Positions 58,630-64,000 of a stretch of 64,000 nucleotides of DNA are shown here, piece by piece (within the stretch, counting starts at the first letter, position 1; every line of letters starts with the position of its first letter). The notes beneath the pieces are model-generated. The model did not search any database. It was given only the letters and a program-made list of their open reading frames with translations, and was not told where the DNA came from. The stretch is from contig CAXXTH010000017.1 of NCBI GenBank assembly GCA_963668025.2, positions 800,001 to 864,000 on the forward strand. Direction: 5' to 3'. A program made the translations under genes and the position numbers. Source of the DNA: Candidatus Hydrogenedentota bacterium (GTDB lineage Bacteria > Hydrogenedentota > Hydrogenedentia > Hydrogenedentales > SLHB01).

Positions 58630-60360
58630 CTAATCGTCAGCAGGGCGCTCGATTTCCCAGGCTTTCATTTTTTGGTACAGGGTATTGCGGGCCATGCCCA
58701 GGATGCGCGCCGATTTGGCGATATTCCAATCCGTTTGTTTCAATACCGTTAAAATCTGCTCGATGGTTTCACCGGTATCCTCGGCGTCGTGGAGTTCGAG
58801 GTCGTATCTGTTTTCATGCGTGAATTCGGGGGGCAAATGTTCCGGCAGCAGCATGGAGCCGCGGCACACAATGAAAGCCCGTTCGATGCAATTCTCGAGT
58901 TCGCGCACATTGCCCGGCCAGGCATGCTTCATAAATAGGGCCATGGTTTCCGGGGCGGCCCCTTCAATCGATTTTTTGAATAGGACGTTGTAGCGGCGGC
59001 AAAATTGCTCGACCAGCAAGGGGATATCTTCGAGGCGCTCGCGCAGGGCGGGCAAGTCAATGCGCACCACATTCAGGCGGTAATACAGGTCTTGGCGGAA
59101 TTCGCCTTTCTGAATCTTGCGTTCGAGGCGCTGGTTGGTGGAGGCGATCACCCGCACATCCGTACGAATGGGCGTCGATGAGCCTACCCGCTCGAATTCC
59201 CGTTCCTGGAGAACGCGTAACAAGCGAAGTTGGAGGCGCGGCGTGATGTCGCCCACCTCATCCAGCAGGATGGTGCCGCCGTTGGCCGCCTCGAACCGGC
59301 CGATGCGGTCTTTATGAGCGCCCGTGAACGCGCCCTTCACGTGGCCGAAGAGTTCGCTTTCGAGGATATTTTCGGATAGCGCCGCGCAATTGACCTTGAG
59401 AAACGGGCCTTTGGCGCGCGGGCTTCCATGGTGCAGGGCCGCCGCCACCAATTCCTTCCCCGTGCCGCTCTCGCCATAAATAAGGACCGTCGAGTCGGTC
59501 TCAGCCAGCTCCTTGATCAGGCTGAAGATCTCTTGCATCCGCACGCTTTTGCCGATCATATCGCGGTATTGCTGGGTCTCTTCGACTTGCCGTTCCAAGC
59601 GGGTGAGGCGCGTCACATCGCGGATCATCAGGAGCGCTCCGCCGAAAGCGCCCTCGTCGTAGAGCAATGGAGCAGCGCTTACGACGATGACTTTTTCGAT
59701 GCCGCCAGTTAGTGTGAGTTCGATATGGCGTTCGAGGACAGGCTTGCGGGTATGAAGGGTTTGTTCGAGGGCTTCGCGGGCGGCTTCGAGGCGCCTGGGC
59801 AACAACTCTCGAAAGGGCCTGCCCGCGAGTTGCGCCAGGCTAAGGCCTAGGATGCTTTCCGCAGTGGCGTTGGCTTGGCGGATCCGCATATCCGCATCCA
59901 CCGTGATAATGCCTTCATTGACGCTATTAAAGATCGCCTCGAGATCGCGGCGGTAGCGGTCCAGTTCCGCAGCGTAATGGTCGCGCTCCGCGGTGAGCCG
60001 CCGCCGATCCACGGCCAATCGGGCCACCCGCGTAATATCCTGCCGCGTGACCGGCTTGGCGAGATAATCAAACGCGCCGAGGCGTACGGCCTCGGAAGCC
60101 GTCTCGACATTCGGTTCGCCGGTAATCATGACCACGGGGCAATTGAGGCCTTGCTCGCGGATGGTGCGCAGGAGGTCCACGCCGGTGCGCCCCGAGAGAA
60201 TGATATCCGTGATAACCACATCGAACTCGATCCGGTCGATCAAGTCCATGGCTTCCGAATAATCTTCCGCCGTATGGACCTCATACCCTTCTTCTCGAAG
60301 GAACTCTCCGAACGTCAGCCGAAGCACCGCCTCGTCTTCTAGGATCAACACGCACGCCAT
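58630..60360 (-). CDS. sigma54-dependent response regulator (REC-PAS-AAA+-HTH Fis)
   Basis: REC (ILEDE, VITD, AKP), PAS, GESGTGKE, ESELFGHVKGAFTGA, FRQDLYYRL, WPGNVREL, C-terminal HTH. Confidence 0.93.
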   Translation of the reverse strand: MACVLILEDEAVLRLTFGEFLREEGYEVHTAEDYSEAMDLIDRIEFDVVITDIILSGRTGVDLLRTIREQGLNCPVVMITGEPNVETASEAVRLGAFDYLAKPVTRQDITRVARLAVDRRRLTAERDHYAAELDRYRRDLEAIFNSVNEGIITVDADMRIRQANATAESILGLSLAQLAGRPFRELLPRRLEAAREALEQTLHTRKPVLERHIELTLTGGIEKVIVVSAAPLLYDEGAFGGALLMIRDVTRLTRLERQVEETQQYRDMIGKSVRMQEIFSLIKELAETDSTVLIYGESGTGKELVAAALHHGSPRAKGPFLKVNCAALSENILESELFGHVKGAFTGAHKDRIGRFEAANGGTILLDEVGDITPRLQLRLLRVLQEREFERVGSSTPIRTDVRVIASTNQRLERKIQKGEFRQDLYYRLNVVRIDLPALRERLEDIPLLVEQFCRRYNVLFKKSIEGAAPETMALFMKHAWPGNVRELENCIERAFIVCRGSMLLPEHLPPEFTHENRYDLELHDAEDTGETIEQILTVLKQTDWNIAKSARILGMARNTLYQKMKAWEIERPADD

Positions 60361-60690
60361 GAAACATTCCCTATCTGGATTAGCCTCTAAGGCGATCATA
60401 CGGGCCTGTCATACCGGTGTCAAAAATAGCCGGGAAACAGAAGTATCGCGGCAACCCGTCTTCTAGGATAACATTTTACCAAGCGTCAAGAATGGCCTGC
60501 GTGGACGCCGGTCGAAATATAGAATATAACGAGTCGATTCCGCTGCGATACCGCATACAATGCCAAAACCATCAGATGTTTGTTGAATCGAAGATATGGT
60601 AGAAACAGCTCTTGGTTCGGATGTTTCTCCGAATTTATTGGGATAACTGCTGGAACCTGGAAAACGCCGGGAGATTTCAGGTATCGTTGA

Positions 60691-61191
60691 ATGAGCAGCG
60701 TGAAGAGGCATTTCATGGAGGTGCGTGCGGTGAATGACGAGATGTTCTTCTCCACGGACAATAAATCCCTGCGCCGGGGGAAACGGCGCGCCGCTCGTAC
60801 GGAGACCTGCCGCCCCTGCACCGTGTGGGTGGTGGAGGCGTCTGAGGTCATGTTTCATGGCGTTGTAGTGGACGTCAATCCGTATGGCATGTGCGTCCGC
60901 ATGATGGATAGCTTGCCGCCGGGCACGCACATCAAAGTGCAATTGATGCGGGATGAGGATTTTAATATACCGCTCGCGGCGGCGCTTAACGGCATGGTGG
61001 TGCGCAACCAGGAAACGCATGATGGGTTTGTGGATCATGGCGTCCAACTCGAACGGGAAGAGATTCGCCCTATAGAAACCTCGAAACTGCTGCCTGCCGC
61101 GCGCAAACGGGTGGCGCGGACCCGCCGTAGCGGCGGGCAATCCCGCATGCATACATCGGATATCATCAATAACCGGCTGCGGGGGCGCTGA
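60691..61191 (+). CDS. PilZ-like domain protein
   Basis: RxxxR (RRAAR) and D-x-N-x-x-G (DVNPYG); G.VVR..HGVQ. Confidence 0.7.
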   Translation: MSSVKRHFMEVRAVNDEMFFSTDNKSLRRGKRRAARTETCRPCTVWVVEASEVMFHGVVVDVNPYGMCVRMMDSLPPGTHIKVQLMRDEDFNIPLAAALNGMVVRNQETHDGFVDHGVQLEREEIRPIETSKLLPAARKRVARTRRSGGQSRMHTSDIINNRLRGR

Positions 61192-61192
61192 C

Positions 61193-61570
61193 ATGGGCGG
61201 ACAAAAGATCCTCGTGGTCGATGATGAGCCAGATGTGCTTGATATGATTGTCCGCACGCTCGAAGCGGACGGATTCCGCACCGTGTCCGCGTTTGATGGT
61301 TTAAGCGCGCTCGACTTAGCGGAATCCGAGCAGCCGGACCTGGTGCTGCTGGATATCATGATGCCGATGATGAGCGGTTATGAAGTCATCGAGCAGCTCA
61401 AGTCGAATCCACAAACCCAGCGCATTCCCATCATATGCCTCACTTCGGCCGAAAGCATCACCGCACGCGCACGCAGCCGGAAAGCTGGCGCGGCCAAGTT
61501 GATCATGAAGCCCTTCTCGCCTGCGGAATTGGTGCATGAACTTCATGCGGTGCTCGCTCAGGAAGCGTAG
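61193..61570 (+). CDS. single-domain response regulator
   Basis: ILVVDDE, LLDIMMP, KPF. Confidence 0.92.
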   Translation: MGGQKILVVDDEPDVLDMIVRTLEADGFRTVSAFDGLSALDLAESEQPDLVLLDIMMPMMSGYEVIEQLKSNPQTQRIPIICLTSAESITARARSRKAGAAKLIMKPFSPAELVHELHAVLAQEA

Positions 61571-61647
61571 CACATTCAAGCTGGCAGGAATCACCCACGC
61601 GCCAGCGGCGTTCCAACTCTAGCATCAAATACCAAGGAGATCTGTTC

Positions 61648-63186
61648 ATGGCTAACATAGACGAATCGGCTGCGCCAGCCATCCCCTCCCGCTATTGCAT
61701 CCCGCAGGAGGCCATGGCGACAATCGTCATTTTCGGCGCGACGGGCGACCTCGCCGGGCGCAAATTGATTCCCGCCGTATATAACTTATGGAATGCAGGC
61801 TACTTGCCGAAAAAAGCCGTCGTCGTCGGTGTGGCGCGGCGCGCGAAAACAGACAATGAATTCCGGGATGAGATGTGCCTCGCCTTGAAGAAGCATTCAC
61901 GCACCGGCCATGGGTCAAGCGACACGTGCGATCCCTTTGTCGGCAACCTGTTTTATCATCAACTCGATTTTTCGACGGATGGCGGCTTCGATGAACTCGG
62001 CACGCGCCTGGACGCCATCGAGGCGCAGCGGGGCCTCTGTGGACGGCGGCTGTTTTATTTGGCCGTGGGACCTGAGTTTTTCGCGCCTATCACGGAACGC
62101 TTAGGCGCGGCGGGGCTCATAAAGGCTCCCGATAAAGAGCCGTGGACGCGGCTTATCATCGAGAAACCTTTCGGACGCGACCTCGAATCGGCCCGCGCCC
62201 TGAATAGCCGCATTAACGCGGTCTTGGCCGAAGACCAAGTGTTCCGCATTGATCACTATCTCGGCAAGGAAACAGTGCAGAACATCTGGGCGTTTCGCTT
62301 TGGCAACGCCATCTTCGAGCCCCTGTTCAACCAAAAATATGTGGACCATGTCCAGATTACCGTTGCGGAGACGGTGGGAATGGAAGGCCGCCGGGGGCCT
62401 TTCTACGACGAGACCGGTGCATTGCGCGATGTCGTGCAGAATCACGCCCTCCAGCTCCTCTGCCTCGTGGCCATGGAGCCGCCCGCGCGCTTCAACGCCA
62501 AAGATATGCGCGACGAAAAAGCGAAAGTCTTGCGGTCCGTCGTGCTGCCCAAGGAAAATCCGCTGTCCACGTGGGCGGTGCGGGGGCAATATGCGGGCAC
62601 GCGGGAAATCCCGGCGTATGCCTCCGAGGAAGGCGTTTCCGAGAATTCGACAACCGAGACCTATGTGGCCCTGCGGCTCTATGTGGATAATTGGCGCTGG
62701 GCGGGCGTGCCGTTCTATATTCGTACGGGCAAGCAGATGAAGAAACGAGTCACCGAGGTGGCCATTCAATTTAAGCAGCCGCCCATGCGCCCGTTCCGCA
62801 ATATCGAGGGTGATATCCCGGAACCGAACGTCCTCGTGTTCCGCATCCAGCCCGAAGAAGCCATCACGCTGTCTTTTAACGGAAAGCCGCCGGGCATGGA
62901 TTTTCATATCCGTAGCGTGCCCATGGACTTCAAGTATGGCGAGATGTTTCACGAGGATGTGCCCGAGGCTTACGAGCGACTGCTGCTTGACGCCTTACGG
63001 GGCGATTCCACGCTTTTCATGCGCGCCGACGAAATCGAGGGCGCATGGGAGATTTGCACGGAAGTGCTCGATGCCTGGGAAAAAGCCCCTCCGCCCGCTT
63101 TATACCGTCCGGGCTCCTGGGGGCCTATCGAGGCCAATCAGCTTTTTTCGTGCTGCCAGGGCATGTGGCGCGAACCGGAAGCGTAA
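61648..63186 (+). CDS. zwf: glucose-6-phosphate 1-dehydrogenase
   Basis: FGATGDLA, IEKPFG, RIDHYLGKE, RDVVQNH, RWAGVPFY; AAGGAG RBS. Confidence 0.97.
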   Translation: MANIDESAAPAIPSRYCIPQEAMATIVIFGATGDLAGRKLIPAVYNLWNAGYLPKKAVVVGVARRAKTDNEFRDEMCLALKKHSRTGHGSSDTCDPFVGNLFYHQLDFSTDGGFDELGTRLDAIEAQRGLCGRRLFYLAVGPEFFAPITERLGAAGLIKAPDKEPWTRLIIEKPFGRDLESARALNSRINAVLAEDQVFRIDHYLGKETVQNIWAFRFGNAIFEPLFNQKYVDHVQITVAETVGMEGRRGPFYDETGALRDVVQNHALQLLCLVAMEPPARFNAKDMRDEKAKVLRSVVLPKENPLSTWAVRGQYAGTREIPAYASEEGVSENSTTETYVALRLYVDNWRWAGVPFYIRTGKQMKKRVTEVAIQFKQPPMRPFRNIEGDIPEPNVLVFRIQPEEAITLSFNGKPPGMDFHIRSVPMDFKYGEMFHEDVPEAYERLLLDALRGDSTLFMRADEIEGAWEICTEVLDAWEKAPPPALYRPGSWGPIEANQLFSCCQGMWREPEA

Positions 63187-63193
63187 CTGCTCC

Positions 63194-64000
63194 CTATCGG
63201 ACCCAGGAAGCCAGCCACAGCACGGTTTCGTATGGCCGCAGCATGAGAATGGCGATGGTGATGGCGTATGCGGGCAGATAATACATGGCGCCCTTGAACA
63301 CGACCTCGATGGGTATATCTTTAGAGCGTCCAGCGATGATAAAGCAGCAAATACCGATGGGCGGGGTAATGGCCCCGAGGGTGGTTATGACGCAAATGAG
63401 GACGCCAAACCAAATCGGGTCGTAGCCTAAAGCCTCGACGACTGGGTAGAAAATGGGCAGGGAGATGAGCAAAAAGGCCAAGGCGTCCATGATGCAGCCG
63501 CCAATGGCGTAGCAAAACAGCATCATGAGTAGAATGGTCCATCCGGGCCAGTTCAGCGTGCTGATCCAGCTCGCTACTTCGTATGGCAGGCGCGTGACGG
63601 TCATGAAGCGCCCGAAAACCACCGCCCCAGCCACGATCATAAAGATCATGCATGAGATACGCAGCGTATCGTACACCGCGGCGTTCAGTTTCGCCCAGGT
63701 GATCTTGCGGCGGATGGCGCATAAGATGAGCCCAAGCGCGCAGCTCAAGGCGGCAGCCTCGGTGGGAGTCACTTTGCCGGTGAACAGCGCCGCCATGATG
63801 ACGGCGAACAAAATAAAAATGTCCATCGAATCGGGAATGGCGCGCAGGCGTTCCATCCAGCTTCGCTTTTCGCCTTTTGGACCCCAATCCGGATGAAGCC
63901 AGCAAATGGCGCTAACGGTCAGGATCATGCATATCGTCAGAATGGCGCTCGGAACGAGCGTTCCGAAAAAGAGCTTGCCGATGGATTGGCCCCGGTCAAG
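63194..64000 (-). CDS. dctM: TRAP transporter large permease (DctM), 5' part outside the window
   Basis: QSIGKLF, TPTEAAA, GYDPIWFG, GAITPPIG. Confidence 0.9.
   Translation of the reverse strand, partial: LDRGQSIGKLFFGTLVPSAILTICMILTVSAICWLHPDWGPKGEKRSWMERLRAIPDSMDIFILFAVIMAALFTGKVTPTEAAALSCALGLILCAIRRKITWAKLNAAVYDTLRISCMIFMIVAGAVVFGRFMTVTRLPYEVASWISTLNWPGWTILLMMLFCYAIGGCIMDALAFLLISLPIFYPVVEALGYDPIWFGVLICVITTLGAITPPIGICCFIIAGRSKDIPIEVVFKGAMYYLPAYAITIAILMLRPYETVLWLASWVR

Noticed and set aside
63980-64000. Possible frameshift in dctM at a G4 run (LDRGQSIG versus expected LTGQSIG)
   Set aside because: Lies at the window edge, so the upstream frame cannot be checked

Overview
GC-rich bacterial chromosomal segment. 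It probably comes from Candidatus Hydrogenedentes or a similar PVC-like lineage; this is inferred from the DUF1559/H-X9-DG prepilin gene carrying an '[17 protein letters not shown]' motif and was not verified by search. Housekeeping genes are fhs, metG, pilT, maeB, ackA, pta and zwf. Other content includes an RDD/B-box/DUF4129/DUF4350 membrane operon, secreted glycosidases (sialidase-like, GH106, GH127, GH51, LysM-GH3), a MarR-RND-TolC efflux operon whose permease is frameshifted, and c-di-GMP/sigma54 signalling genes. Mobile and accessory content has five parts. (1) An MNT-HEPN toxin-antitoxin pair inside a sugar operon. (2) An AT-rich UDG-family gene bracketed by two halves of an attC-like site. 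(3) Two complete ISKra4-like IS elements with inverted repeats and target duplications: one probably uses a -1 frameshift, the other splits a 503-aa PIN-GNAT-PUA/EVE gene in an AT-rich ASCH-containing island that is a candidate defence or RNA-modification-sensing system. (4) A class IIC group II intron sitting between two REP-like hairpins. (5) Several families of intergenic inverted repeats. A 33-aa amphipathic peptide gene with a strong RBS, a structured leader and its own terminator is also present. All family assignments come from motif recognition by eye; no database searches were run.
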